A stretch of 64,000 nucleotides of DNA from Tetramitus jugosus (lineage: Eukaryota; Protista; Heterolobosea), in NCBI GenBank assembly GCA_937625935.1, contig OW569377.1, positions 124,001-188,000 on the forward strand. Reading direction: 5' to 3'. The notes below the pieces were generated by a model. It saw only the letters and a program-made list of their open reading frames with translations, was not told the DNA's origin and made no database searches. Made by a program: the position numbers and the translations under genes. Shown piece by piece: positions 9,207-20,644 of the stretch. Positions within the stretch are counted from its first letter, which is position 1, and each line of letters starts with the position of its first letter.

Positions 9207-11924
9207 TCATTCCATGAATTCTCTTAGAAAAAAGCTGGGTGATGGCTCTTCGCCTAACACCTCCATCAAGATATCAGATTCTCTTCTACTTCCACCATAG
9301 CTCATAGCTCGTTTGAGAGATGCAGCTGCTTCTGAATCCAAAGGATCATCCTTGCTATTAAACTTCTTAAACCAGAGGTGATCACTTGATATCTTTGCAT
9401 ACAAGTATGAGTAGTAACTTGAGGCATAATTGGTCAAGTGAAGCAAATTTCCATGGTATGAGATGGGATGTAGCTGGTCAATTTCATCGTTTTGGGTGAT
9501 GGGTAGGCTATGATACTTGGCTCGAATTCGATACAACAATTGAGTAGTCGAGATGTTCAAATTCTTGTGTTCGTTCATGTGAAGCATCAGATCTAACATG
9601 CTGTACACGACTTGGTTTTGGACATTCAAAGCCCGAAACATCTTCTTGGGAAACATGCACTCATCAAACAGTTTCTTGGGTAGGGGTTCTCCTGTTCTAT
9701 GATGCTTTGCAAATTGGCTGACAACTCGAAAATCAGCAGCAAAATGTTCCATGAATTGAGATGGCATTTCCACCCAATCCACACTCACTCGTGTTCCAGA
9801 TAGGTTCTGATACGGAGTACGCCCCAAGAAGGTATGAATAGCGTGACCAAGCTCATGAAACATGGACAACAATTCACTCATTGTCAGATATTCGCTCTGA
9901 ATGTTATGTACGAGGACAGAGACAGTTTTCTGGCCAATTGATGTCTTTGCTGCCTGTCTACAAAAGTTGCTGTTATCTCCAATTTTACCCTTCCTGTAAA
10001 AGATGTCAAGATACAAGTCTCCAAGGTAAACATCATGTTCAGTGTCATACAACTCGAGCTTGATGATATCATCGTGCCAAGATTCAGGAGCCTTCACAGG
10101 TACTTCCACCATCTTAATCTTGAACAACTTTTCACAAACCATGTAAATACCATTGAGACAATTCTTGTAGTGCAAGTAATCGCTCATGCGAGCAACAGAG
10201 CTCTCTGATACATATCGGTTCATGCAAGCTCTCTTATAGAAATCAAAGTCCCAGGCATAGACGGTGTGATCACAACTCTCTCCTTCTTCCAAGATTTTCT
10301 CCTGACGCAACAGATTCACCTCCTTCTCTGCTTGTGGTTTTATCTTTTCGGATAGATCATCCAAGAAACGAATCACTTTTTCAGGAGAGCCAACCATGAG
10401 TGATTGAAGTGCATGATGGGCATACGACGGCTTGTTCATTGTCAGTGCCAACTCTTGTCTCGCTTCCAATAATTCGTCCAAAACATTCAAAGCCCGAGGA
10501 TCTGCGCAATGACTCGCAATATAGGCAACTTTTCTCAAGGATCCATCTCTCTGTTTTTTTGCCGAAGAATGAACAGAGATGAGTTCATTTCCGTCCTGCT
10601 CCATGTCTGACTTGAACAATTTGGGATAGGTCTTTCTCAGGTGTTGAAGCATGGGTTCGGAGCTCGATATACTACGAATAGGCCAGAATTCATGTGATAA
10701 TTCTTCTCTGTGATGAGCCACGATATCACTAAATTGAGCCACATATTGACCAATCATTGAATTCAGTTCAATGAGACGATGCTTTCGTTCGTGATGACTC
10801 AATTGACCAACACTACCATACTTTTCCATATCTTTCTTCAAAACTTGAAGACAGTGCTGATCTAGCGGAGCCAATTGATTCATTAATTCACTGTCTCTAT
10901 CTATTCTCTTCATGCTCTCATACAATCGATCATCATTGTTCAGCTCGTGCAATACAATGGAGAATTTGTTGGTGGCTTCGATTGCAGCTGTCCGAAATTG
11001 AGAATCTGGGTGGAGACAACGCACCAGTTCTAAAAAGTCCAAACAGAGACACAATTGATTCGATATCTCATCAATCTTGTCCAGGATGAATTTTGCGTCT
11101 TGAACAGTCAATGGAGGCAAATCATTCAATTGCTTCTTTGCATCAATGGGGTCATTACCAAACAAAATTTCATGCTCTAGTACTGCTACATTCAACGGTG
11201 CATAGCGATACACTGACTCGCATAGAGCTTTGATTTTCTTGTTGGCTCGGTTGACCATTTCGGAGAAATCTTCTGGTTTGTACACATTTTCCATTCCGGA
11301 TAACCCAATGACCGGTGTGGAAGTGGCATTGGTTTGTACCTGTTTATCAGTTTCTCGTGAGGGAATAGCTTCCTTGGTTCGAGCTTTTGTGATCGGTGGT
11401 TGAGTGGATTTGCTCGTTGTTCTGAGAGGGAGACTGGGAATTTCAGTAGGTCTCTCCAACAACATCGAATCAAGGGTCTCTTGGTTCTCCTGCTCAACAA
11501 CCTGTTGTTGGTGTTGCCGTGGTTGTTGTTTTTGTGGTGGAGATGGTGGTTGAGGGAACTTTATGGGAGGGAGTTTGCTCGAGGGTGACCACGAGGAAGG
11601 ATTATTCGAAGCGCCTCTGATCCGATTGGTCATGGCAGAGCTGACATTTCCACTGACAGGTGCAGAGGATGGAAGAGAAGAGGAGGGATGAGATGCTTTT
11701 GCTGCTGTGGGAGCAGTTGAGGGAGATGGAATTTTTGAAGTGGTGCGAGATGCCATCGTAGAAGTGCTACCAGCGATAGCCCGCAAGCGACGATTCGTGG
11801 TGACTCCTCTAAGTCTCTGACTCGCACATTGGTTGAAGAAAGAGGAACAAAGAATGTTTGAAGGAGATTTTTCGAGAGATGTCAACGCTTTCAAGCCTGT
11901 TCGGTCCAAAAATGCTCTCCTCAT
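9207..11924 (-). CDS. M3 metallopeptidase, mitochondrial intermediate peptidase-like
   Basis: FHELGHAIH, GTRVSVDWVEMPSQFME, YASSYYSYLYA; Arg/Ser-rich presequence-like N-terminus. Confidence 0.88.
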   Translation of the reverse strand: MRRAFLDRTGLKALTSLEKSPSNILCSSFFNQCASQRLRGVTTNRRLRAIAGSTSTMASRTTSKIPSPSTAPTAAKASHPSSSLPSSAPVSGNVSSAMTNRIRGASNNPSSWSPSSKLPPIKFPQPPSPPQKQQPRQHQQQVVEQENQETLDSMLLERPTEIPSLPLRTTSKSTQPPITKARTKEAIPSRETDKQVQTNATSTPVIGLSGMENVYKPEDFSEMVNRANKKIKALCESVYRYAPLNVAVLEHEILFGNDPIDAKKQLNDLPPLTVQDAKFILDKIDEISNQLCLCLDFLELVRCLHPDSQFRTAAIEATNKFSIVLHELNNDDRLYESMKRIDRDSELMNQLAPLDQHCLQVLKKDMEKYGSVGQLSHHERKHRLIELNSMIGQYVAQFSDIVAHHREELSHEFWPIRSISSSEPMLQHLRKTYPKLFKSDMEQDGNELISVHSSAKKQRDGSLRKVAYIASHCADPRALNVLDELLEARQELALTMNKPSYAHHALQSLMVGSPEKVIRFLDDLSEKIKPQAEKEVNLLRQEKILEEGESCDHTVYAWDFDFYKRACMNRYVSESSVARMSDYLHYKNCLNGIYMVCEKLFKIKMVEVPVKAPESWHDDIIKLELYDTEHDVYLGDLYLDIFYRKGKIGDNSNFCRQAAKTSIGQKTVSVLVHNIQSEYLTMSELLSMFHELGHAIHTFLGRTPYQNLSGTRVSVDWVEMPSQFMEHFAADFRVVSQFAKHHRTGEPLPKKLFDECMFPKKMFRALNVQNQVVYSMLDLMLHMNEHKNLNISTTQLLYRIRAKYHSLPITQNDEIDQLHPISYHGNLLHLTNYASSYYSYLYAKISSDHLWFKKFNSKDDPLDSEAAASLKRAMSYGGSRRESDILMEVLGEEPSPSFFLREFME

Positions 11925-12469
11925 GTTGATAGAATATGCTAGCTAAACAATGAATGTTAGTCGAGATAAAGATGATGTCTGATGTTGTTGTCGTTGCTGT
12001 GTTGTTGTTGATATTGATAGAATGAGCTCAATACACTCGGTCTTAAACTCTCTTGGGGAAACCAGAGTAATAAAATTAGACTGTATCGGATATATGTCGG
12101 GAGAGAGAAAGTGCGAAGTCGTTATTGACAGTTCAAATGATGCTATCGGCAACTGCACATAAAATCATACACTTTGCGTTTTTGTTTTGGAGTGGTTTGT
12201 TCTTTGAACATGTGGAGACTCGCTTGAGGAACGTGGTAATATTACAACCAACATTGATTCTGTTCAGCATAAAGCTCGAGCAATCGGAACACCATTCAGA
12301 GAACAAAAAGAGATCTGGAATAAATGAATATTCGTTTCGGGATTTAGACTGTATTTCTCAACGTTTCAAAAATATCTTCTCAAACAGCAAAGAAGGAAAC
12401 AAAATGTCCTCTGGTCAACTTCAACCAGAACATGAATTCCTTCAAAAAGGTTGGAACTGCACACGTGAA

Positions 12470-13873
12470 CTACACTAGGGACCAGGACAACCGGCCAGCA
12501 ATGACAGTGTGTTGCAAGCTATAGTTCTCATCAAATAATAAAACATCGCCTCGCTTGCCCACATCCAATGTACCAACATGATGGAGATTGGCTATCCGTG
12601 CAGGATTTTCACTCAACATCATGACAGCCTTGTCCACTGGCATATGCAAATCACGAAGCAAATTATGAAAGATTTGCAGAGTGTTTGAACAACTACCTGC
12701 AATGGTGTTTGTTCCCTTCAAAACTGCATAATTCTTGTCACCCTTTTTACAAACTTCCACTTGTCTCTCATTGTACTCGACACAACCACCATGAGCATCC
12801 ATAATAGCATCCGAAATCAGTGCCACATCATTTCCCTTGTAATCCAATGTGAATTGCAGAGTCAATGGATGAACATGCACCGTGTCTCCAATAATTTCAA
12901 CAGTAGGTGGTTCAATGCCCTGATAGCTGGGCAATTTGGGGAAACGTGTTGCGAGACCAAAATTACACAATGTTTGCTTTCTGTGATGGAAGGACGACAC
13001 ATTATACATGTGTGTAATGTGAAGTTGACAATTCTTTTTGGCAGCCATGTGCAACGATGTTAAAATGGATTCTTCGTCTGCATGTGTGTCATGACCCAGT
13101 GCAGGTTTCACTCCCAAGTCTAACAAGTACTGTAATCTCTCATATCGACACTGCTTTTCCAATGAGGGAGAAATGGTCATCACTTTGAGAGCAGGCATCA
13201 TCGAGTCCACCAATATCTTGAAATCATCCAGATTCATATCACATTCCGCGTCTGGCAATCCACCATTGGTTGCAATGATGGGTCCCTCGGCATGTATACC
13301 CTCTACAACAGCCAAACGCTCTCTCACCACACCATGAATGCCCTTTAATCGATCAATCACTTGTTCCATGATTCGTTTGGCTTCGTCATCAAGTGAGAAA
13401 ATGAGAGAAGCGAGCACACTTGTCGTACCATACTCTACTAATCTCTCCAATGTGTGGTCACTGAGCCAATACTGTTGCACAGTAGGTGCACCACCCATAC
13501 CATGATTATGAATGTCAATAAAGCCGGCACATGCCATATCGCAACTCAAAAAATGACTCTTTTTTTGTTCAGAACTACTACTACTGCTACTACTACTATT
13601 ACTTGTTGTAGTGTGTTTGTGCTGTTGTTGTTGTTGTTGTTGTTGTTTATAGTCTCTCTGATGACCGAATTGGAGAACATGACCCGTATGGTTGTCAATG
13701 ACCAGGTATCCCATGTGAATTTGTAGTCCCTTCTTAATAATGAGCCTGTTGGCATATATAAGAGTCACAGAATCATCATTATTATTGTTCGCTCGATCGA
13801 GGGTACTCGCACTGCCATTGTTGCTGTTGTTTGTGGTTAGCAACTGAGGCTCAGATGGTTTGCTAACAGTCAT
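12470..13873 (-). CDS. N-acetylglucosamine-6-phosphate deacetylase (NagA/AMDHD2-like)
   Basis: GFIDIHNHG, GIHAEGP, GH, THMYN, HVHP, IAGS, NPA..., G.LDVGKRGD. Confidence 0.85.
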   Translation of the reverse strand: MTVSKPSEPQLLTTNNSNNGSASTLDRANNNNDDSVTLIYANRLIIKKGLQIHMGYLVIDNHTGHVLQFGHQRDYKQQQQQQQQHKHTTTSNSSSSSSSSSEQKKSHFLSCDMACAGFIDIHNHGMGGAPTVQQYWLSDHTLERLVEYGTTSVLASLIFSLDDEAKRIMEQVIDRLKGIHGVVRERLAVVEGIHAEGPIIATNGGLPDAECDMNLDDFKILVDSMMPALKVMTISPSLEKQCRYERLQYLLDLGVKPALGHDTHADEESILTSLHMAAKKNCQLHITHMYNVSSFHHRKQTLCNFGLATRFPKLPSYQGIEPPTVEIIGDTVHVHPLTLQFTLDYKGNDVALISDAIMDAHGGCVEYNERQVEVCKKGDKNYAVLKGTNTIAGSCSNTLQIFHNLLRDLHMPVDKAVMMLSENPARIANLHHVGTLDVGKRGDVLLFDENYSLQHTVIAGRLSWSLV

Positions 13874-14082
13874 TTTCTTCTATGAATTGTAGTAAGCTTA
13901 CTGGTGGTGGTAGTAGATGGGATCTGAGATTGGTCAATTTGTTTGTTTGTTGTGTTTGTGAAATTGAAGATTTTTTTATGTCATAATTGGGACATTGCCG
14001 ATTACTCCGAATGTTTCGCTTGAATGCCAAAAGGAGAGTTTAACCGGTCACTGCCCAGATTGAATTGCTTGTAATGGGTTCT

Positions 14083-15651
14083 CTAGGCCAGACTTCTGCT
14101 CTGATGTTCGAGGATTTTGTTGACTGAAGTTTGAATCGCATCCATCACGGCAGGATTCTTCCAAAACTCTGACTCCTGCAAATAATCATTGCCCAATCGG
14201 TCGAACAAGTGTATAGAAATGGGGACATTTTTGCTAGCCAATCTCCGAGTGAAGTGAACTCCATCATCCAGTGCGCTACCCAACGAAGCAAGAGAAACAT
14301 ATGTAGGAGGATACTTGGCAATGATTTCATCGGGCAAAAGTGCAGGTGAGGTCCAAGGGTCGCCCATATCATATCCTTTGATGTTTTTGATGAAGTCTTG
14401 AACTTGAAGTAACCTCGATGAGGACAAATCAATGTTGTTGTACAGTACCGGAGAATGAAAGATTAGATAATCAGGTTTCCGGAAGCTTCTCATCTCGGAC
14501 AAAGCCACAACAAGAGCTAATGTCGTACAAAAATGCCCTTCTGCGATGCATGTCATTCTTTCGTAATGTTGGTTCAGCCATTGATCTTTGTTCGAAACGA
14601 ACCAGCGATAGCTGTTAAAATAGGAAAGTAAGTCATCCCAGTGACCACCTTGGATTGTCACTACAGGTAACCTTGTTTTGTTGGCATATAGATTAGCAAC
14701 TTGTTCACTATGATATCCAAACACTATGATGATATCTCTGGCTTGATTGGGATTTCGAGGATAAGTAACAGAAATTGTAGAAGCACATTTGTCATTGCTT
14801 TCAGTGGTAAACTGGTTGTGATACAAGCTATTGCAGTATGTTAGTAAGGAATTGCCTTCAGATGAGAATTTGTTCAGTTCTTGTGGCATGATACTGGGTT
14901 GGACCAAGCTGATTATCTCTTCTTCCTTTTGTTGCTGCAAAGGAGCTATTGTTACTCTGTTCTCATGAACTCTCAATTGTTCACCAATTTCAAGAGGACT
15001 TCGGATGGGATTGGGACACACCTCAATTTCCGGCTTCGAAAGAGATACGTCCGATTGACCTAAATGCATCACTTTGATTTCTCCTCTGCTTTTGATATCA
15101 TCACTCCCACGTTTCCATTTGTTAGTTACTCGTTTCAGAGAAAGATTTTCTTGATTCATTTCCATCTTCATAGCATCTAGTATCTCTTTGCTCATCAATT
15201 TCTTCAAGTTCCGTAGGGAATGGCGAAGAGATGCTGGATACTCTCCCAAATCACCACTAAATATTTGCCATCGGTTGAATACACTTCCTCCTCCTTCAAA
15301 TACTGCTCGAAGTTGAGTTCTTCTCATTTCAACCGAGCAGGACAATGCACATTGCAGTGCAAGAAACTTCTGTTTGTGGTCATTGAACTTCTTCCATCTT
15401 GACTCGAAAGAATAGAGAGTGTCCAAAGTGACACCTACATTGCTCGCCAAATAACCATAAAATGAAGATAAGAGCGAGTTTAACAAGAGCAAAAAACCTC
15501 TGTGATCAAACTCAAACAACAGCACAAATGCATCCCTCTCACTCACACCAGATAGCTGTTGTCGAGCATATGTGGACACTGAGATCAATTGTTGCTCCAT
15601 TCCCCAACAGAGCTTGTGTCTCATGTAAAGACTGATGGATCTCTTGAACAA
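14083..15651 (-). CDS. Hormone-sensitive-lipase-like alpha/beta hydrolase (degenerate); the 5' end probably lies in further exons upstream
   Basis: DPWTSPAL, PPTYV....LDDGVHFTRRL C-terminal HSL-like motifs; the expected HGGG and GDSAG motifs are altered. Confidence 0.55.
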   Translation of the reverse strand: MFKRSISLYMRHKLCWGMEQQLISVSTYARQQLSGVSERDAFVLLFEFDHRGFLLLLNSLLSSFYGYLASNVGVTLDTLYSFESRWKKFNDHKQKFLALQCALSCSVEMRRTQLRAVFEGGGSVFNRWQIFSGDLGEYPASLRHSLRNLKKLMSKEILDAMKMEMNQENLSLKRVTNKWKRGSDDIKSRGEIKVMHLGQSDVSLSKPEIEVCPNPIRSPLEIGEQLRVHENRVTIAPLQQQKEEEIISLVQPSIMPQELNKFSSEGNSLLTYCNSLYHNQFTTESNDKCASTISVTYPRNPNQARDIIIVFGYHSEQVANLYANKTRLPVVTIQGGHWDDLLSYFNSYRWFVSNKDQWLNQHYERMTCIAEGHFCTTLALVVALSEMRSFRKPDYLIFHSPVLYNNIDLSSSRLLQVQDFIKNIKGYDMGDPWTSPALLPDEIIAKYPPTYVSLASLGSALDDGVHFTRRLASKNVPISIHLFDRLGNDYLQESEFWKNPAVMDAIQTSVNKILEHQSRSLA

Positions 15652-16294
15652 TCAACTTGTTCCTTGTCAAAAAAGGAGCATTGATCTTGAGTGTATTCCG
15701 ACTTATGAACTTCTCACATTCGAGCAAGCACATATCAACTTTCAACCGACAGTCACCAACCAATTGGAGAGAATTAAAACCTTTGACAAAATTGGGAGCC
15801 AGGTGGACATGAATGGGATACTGTTCCATGTTTTGAAATGAATAATTTGATCCTTTCGCTTGTTTTCAAAAACAGACAAGTAAAGTTTCTTTTTTTTAGT
15901 CTCTGGTCGCGTTGTATCATTCAGCGCACCGCTTTCAAGAGACATTTTCCTCCAACCGATTGCCGACAGATTATTTATGTGGAAGGATTCATTTCCAAAT
16001 CAGAGATAATCGAGGGATAGAAGATAGATTATCCCTGGAACAGAAACTTGTCGGCCCCCAGAGGGCGATGACTTTCCCCTGAATGAGAGTCTCGCTTCTC
16101 TTCTGGGTCAAGTCATGAAGTTTGAAGTTTGGCTCGTTTCTTTTCCTGGAGACGTCTGAGGAGTTGTGTCATGCCTGTTGCGTTGTCATTCTGACACTGG
16201 CGAACACAGGCCTTTAAATTAGAGCTCGAAGGGTGGAAAATCAGAAAAGTAAAACAATAACTCTCGAACTAGTCACACTGTACCAATTGTAATC

Positions 16295-17311
16295 ATGAAC
16301 ACCACCATTGCCAACGCAACCGAAATTACCCAACTTCCAGCCAAGCCACGTCGGCAACAAAGAGCCACTGAACCAAGTATCACATGCGCCGAAGACGATT
16401 ACTACTCGGTATTCGCCAACGACTCTCACACTGAGTATGAAATTCAAACGATATCGTCTCTCGCGGTTCATCCTCCTTCCAAGTCTGTAGATACCTCCAC
16501 TCGTGCATCGCCTAATCAAGAAACGACCCGCCCGTTGATTGCCACCATAACCACCACTGCCACCACTGCTGTACCATCCCCCAACTACGCTGATCAGACT
16601 GCCTTTTCAACCACCAAACCAAAAGCTCAGGCATCTCCTTCCACAAGTACTGCTCCCTTTGTGACTGAACATTTACCACATTTGTCATCATCCTCTCTTG
16701 AATCTCCTCCTCGCCCAAGACCCTACTCCTTCCGCAACAAGATACAAATCTCTAGAGAAGAGATGCAAAAGTACTTTTATTGTCCACAAGTTATGGCTGC
16801 CAAAAAGTTGGGTGTTTCCCTGTCCACCCTCAAGAGAAGATTCTATCAATTGGGCATTGGTCGATGGCCCTATCACTTTGTCACACAAGAGAAGAGGAAG
16901 AGAAGTATTTGGCACTTGGTGAGTGAAGTGGAACCCAAAACTGAGAAGGAACTTAGCTCTGAAACTGTACAGACACTGACTCGCCTCTTTTCAATGAGTC
17001 TTCAAGAACAGCAAAAGTTGGCAGCTCGAAATTCATCATTGTCTTCCTCACAAAGAACCGTTTCAATCAATGGGGAAAATGAGGTGACAAACTGCAAGTT
17101 TCTCCACTATGTACCAAGGAATGATCCATCGCCACAATCCCAGACAACTCAAGCCGGCTCTACTGCCTCATCCCATCCTTCTCCAGTTTCTCACAAGAGG
17201 CAGAGAAGGTTCTTGCTGTTGGACGATGGCACAAACACCAACAATGACTCCCCCAAAGGACAAAAAAGATTAAAATTGACTGGAGGCAATCACAATAACT
17301 CTGACAAGTAA
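16295..17311 (+). CDS. RWP-RK domain transcription factor (copy 1)
   Basis: YFYCPQVMAAKKLGVSLSTLKRRFYQLGIGRWPY. Confidence 0.88.
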   Translation: MNTTIANATEITQLPAKPRRQQRATEPSITCAEDDYYSVFANDSHTEYEIQTISSLAVHPPSKSVDTSTRASPNQETTRPLIATITTTATTAVPSPNYADQTAFSTTKPKAQASPSTSTAPFVTEHLPHLSSSSLESPPRPRPYSFRNKIQISREEMQKYFYCPQVMAAKKLGVSLSTLKRRFYQLGIGRWPYHFVTQEKRKRSIWHLVSEVEPKTEKELSSETVQTLTRLFSMSLQEQQKLAARNSSLSSSQRTVSINGENEVTNCKFLHYVPRNDPSPQSQTTQAGSTASSHPSPVSHKRQRRFLLLDDGTNTNNDSPKGQKRLKLTGGNHNNSDK

Positions 17312-17989
17312 GTGGTCTGACAGAATCGCTCAATCCACTCAAAGATACTGCAGAAGATGGATGTGAGACTAATCTCCAAGGTAGGAGGTTGGATACCTCA
17401 GAACATAGAACCATTTATCCTAGGGAGCTTTGTTGGGTGCATCTTGTACATTTAGACACTTACAGACACGGTACATCTATCCCTCAAAACACCACGTCTC
17501 GTAATTCAATTGAGCCGACTATTGATGATTGAAGAGAGTTTGTCAGTGTATCCGACTCTCCTTTCGTTTTGCTTTCTTTGAATAAAGAGTTCGGCCGACA
17601 AGAAACTTTCTTTTTTAGTCAAACGTGCCTTCGGCCCCACAACCCGGAACAGTATGGCTGAGATTCATAACCAAACCAAAAACGATGAGAGATTGGCAAA
17701 ACACGTGGGTTCTCAAAGGGTAATATCAGAGAACTACTGATTTCTATATATTGTTTCTCCATTCAGCAAATTGTCCAATGGACAATGCATCTTCGGGCGC
17801 GACGATTTGCTCAAAAGGAGCAGTTCTCCTCTAGGAGTAAAAATGCGGATATGTCCGAAGCCAGCTGGGAACGTTGAACGGTTCGCAAGTATACCAATAT
17901 CTCGAACATTGGGCAAAAGTTGAGAGGCCAAGGGAAGAGTCTTTCTTAAAGAACAAACCTCTCACTATATTGTCCATCCTATTGAAGGC

Positions 17990-18997
17990 ATGCACAGTTC
18001 TCAGGCAACTAGAAACATTCTTCTTCCAGAAAACCCACGTCAGCAACAAGTCACCAAACCAAGGATCTCATCCGCAGAAGAGTCCAACAGTTCCTTCCAA
18101 ACAGACAGTGAAAATAGAGCAATTAGTTTGTCAAGTGCAATGGATTCATGCTTGTCTGCCAACAATGCTCGTGTCGCATCCACTCTCGATCAAGACAACA
18201 AGAGCCCATCCTCTGCCACAAACATTCTATCATCCACCAACACTGAAACTGCCCACACAGCATTATCGCAAGGAATTTCTGCCACAAACACGGAATCCCA
18301 TCCCTTCTCCCCTCTCCTCAGTTCGGCCTCATCCATTGTATCTCCCGAACCATCAACTCACACCAGATCATTCTCTCGCAACAAGATTGAAATCACACTG
18401 CAAGAGATGGCAAAATACTTTTATTGCCCACAGGCATTGGCAGCAAAGAAGTTGGGTGTCTCCTTGTCCACACTCAAGAGACGGTTTTATTTATTGGGCG
18501 TTGGTCGATGGCCCTACCAATACATGACACAAGACGAAAGGAAAAGAAGTGTTTGGCATTTGGTGAGTGAAGCGGAGCCAAGTAGTGAGAAGGAACTTAG
18601 TACTGAAACTGTACAAACGCTCACTCGTCTCTTTTCCATGAGTCTCCGAGAACAACAACTCCTAGCAACTCAAAGCCCTGCACAAAGAAATCTCTCGATC
18701 AACGGAAATGAATTGAGAAGAGTTCCCACATTGAAATTCCTTCAGTACGTACCAAAGAGCGAGCTGTCAGTTTCTCAAAATCGCTCGATTCCCACTTCTC
18801 CTTCTAATTTGACTATAATCACCGAAGCAACTCATAAGAGACAGAGAAGACACTTACTAGGGGAAGAAGGTGATACCACCAGCAATGAACACCCTGGAGA
18901 AAGCAGAAAAAAACTTAGAATATCAGGAAGTAGTGACGATATCACCACAGATCCCCATTCCAACATGATTTCTCCCAATCCACCCAAAGAATCCTAA
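17990..18997 (+). CDS. RWP-RK domain transcription factor (copy 2, tandem paralogue)
   Basis: YFYCPQALAAKKLGVSLSTLKRRFYLLGVGRWPY; the following ~50 aa are nearly identical to copy 1. Confidence 0.88.
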   Translation: MHSSQATRNILLPENPRQQQVTKPRISSAEESNSSFQTDSENRAISLSSAMDSCLSANNARVASTLDQDNKSPSSATNILSSTNTETAHTALSQGISATNTESHPFSPLLSSASSIVSPEPSTHTRSFSRNKIEITLQEMAKYFYCPQALAAKKLGVSLSTLKRRFYLLGVGRWPYQYMTQDERKRSVWHLVSEAEPSSEKELSTETVQTLTRLFSMSLREQQLLATQSPAQRNLSINGNELRRVPTLKFLQYVPKSELSVSQNRSIPTSPSNLTIITEATHKRQRRHLLGEEGDTTSNEHPGESRKKLRISGSSDDITTDPHSNMISPNPPKES

Positions 18998-19224
18998 ACA
19001 ACTTGAGACCTTACAACCAGAATAAGTTTACGAACATTGTAATTGGTTGTTCCAATTGGCTATACATCAAGAGTACTTCATTTGTCAACTGGGAAGAAAA
19101 ACTGTAACTCACCGGGAACTGACTGCCTTTTTACCGACATCGGACTCATATTTTGCCGACAGCTTCCACTTTCTCCGCCCCACCAACAAACAACTTCTTA
19201 GATACTCATCATCAACATTGGAAA

Positions 19225-20595
19225 ATGACTCAGAGAAAAATCTTGCTATTGGGATCTGGTTACGTGACAACGACTGTCGTTGAATACCTGACTAGAAGAC
19301 CTGAAAATCACATTACGATCGCCAACAGAACACTCTCCAATGCTGAGCTAAGAAGCAAAGATGGTGCCTCCAATCAAATCTCTGTTGTTCAGTTGGACAT
19401 GGAGAAGGATCATGAAAAATTGGAAGAATTAGTGGGTGAGCACGATATCGTCATCAGTCTCGTCCCTTACTTGTATCATGTCATTGCTGCCAAAGCTTGT
19501 CTCAAGAAGAAGAAGCATCTGGTGACAACATCTTACATTTCACCTGCCATGAGAGAGTTGGATCAGGAGGCACGTGACAAGGATCTCGTATTCATGAATG
19601 AGATTGGTGTGGATCCAGGTATTGATCACTTGGCTGCTGTGAAAATCATTGCCCAAGCACGCAAAGAAAACTCAAAGATTGTCTCATTTTATTCATGGTG
19701 CGGTGGATTGCCAGCACCAGAGTTTGCCAACAATCCACTAAAGTACAAGTTCTCTTGGTCTCCTCGTGGTGTGTTGGCCGCTCTTCAAAACACTGCAAAG
19801 TTCTTGGAGAATGGACAGGTGATTGATATTGCACCACAAAACTTGTTGAAATCCAGAAGAGAACTCAATTTGGATGCCAACTTGCCAACTTTTGAAGGTT
19901 ATCCAAACAGAAATTCTGTTCCATACACAGAAGAGTATCACATTCCAGAGACTGAGACTTGTTTGAGAGGAACTTTGAGATTCAAGGGCTTTTGTCAATT
20001 GATGGAACACTTTATCGCAGTTGGATTGATTGATCAAACCCCAAGAGCTGATTTGAGCAGAGATGGATCTATTGCTCCAAAATGGAATCAGCTGATGAAG
20101 GAGTTGTTGGGCGCCGACAGCACTGAAAAAGCATCCTTGGAGCAAGCATTGTTGACCAAGCTGAATCTCGATGCTGAGAGTGAAGCTGGTAAGGAGGCTG
20201 TTTCTGCTTTCAATTGGATCGGTCTTTTCGATGATGTGGACGCAGCATTGAGAGGCACTCTATTGGATAGTTTCTCTCATAGACTAGAGACATTGATGTC
20301 ATTCAAGCAAGGTGAGAAGGATATGATTATGTTGCAACACATTTTCACCATCGAAAAGCCTGATGGCAAGAGATACACCAAGAAGGCTACTTTGATTGAC
20401 TATGCTACTGATAAGTTCTCATCCATGGCAAGAACCACTGGCCTACCTTGTGCCATCAGTGTGCAATTGATCCTTGACAGCAAGATTCAGTACAGAGGTG
20501 TGTTTGGCCCAATGTTTGCAGACATGAATGAGTTGATCATTGAAGAGTTGGAGAAGGAGAATATTGTTGTCAAGTACGAAGATATCGACAATTGA
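19225..20595 (+). CDS. Saccharopine dehydrogenase (glutamate-forming, Lys9-like)
   Basis: LLLGSGYV, TTSYISP, NEIGVDPGIDH, SWCGGLPAPE..NNPLKYKFSWSPRG, MARTTGLP. Confidence 0.93.
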   Translation: MTQRKILLLGSGYVTTTVVEYLTRRPENHITIANRTLSNAELRSKDGASNQISVVQLDMEKDHEKLEELVGEHDIVISLVPYLYHVIAAKACLKKKKHLVTTSYISPAMRELDQEARDKDLVFMNEIGVDPGIDHLAAVKIIAQARKENSKIVSFYSWCGGLPAPEFANNPLKYKFSWSPRGVLAALQNTAKFLENGQVIDIAPQNLLKSRRELNLDANLPTFEGYPNRNSVPYTEEYHIPETETCLRGTLRFKGFCQLMEHFIAVGLIDQTPRADLSRDGSIAPKWNQLMKELLGADSTEKASLEQALLTKLNLDAESEAGKEAVSAFNWIGLFDDVDAALRGTLLDSFSHRLETLMSFKQGEKDMIMLQHIFTIEKPDGKRYTKKATLIDYATDKFSSMARTTGLPCAISVQLILDSKIQYRGVFGPMFADMNELIIEELEKENIVVKYEDIDN

Positions 20596-20644
20596 ACACC
20601 CTAACAGTAAATCAAACAAAACAAAATCACCATTACCCAAGGAA

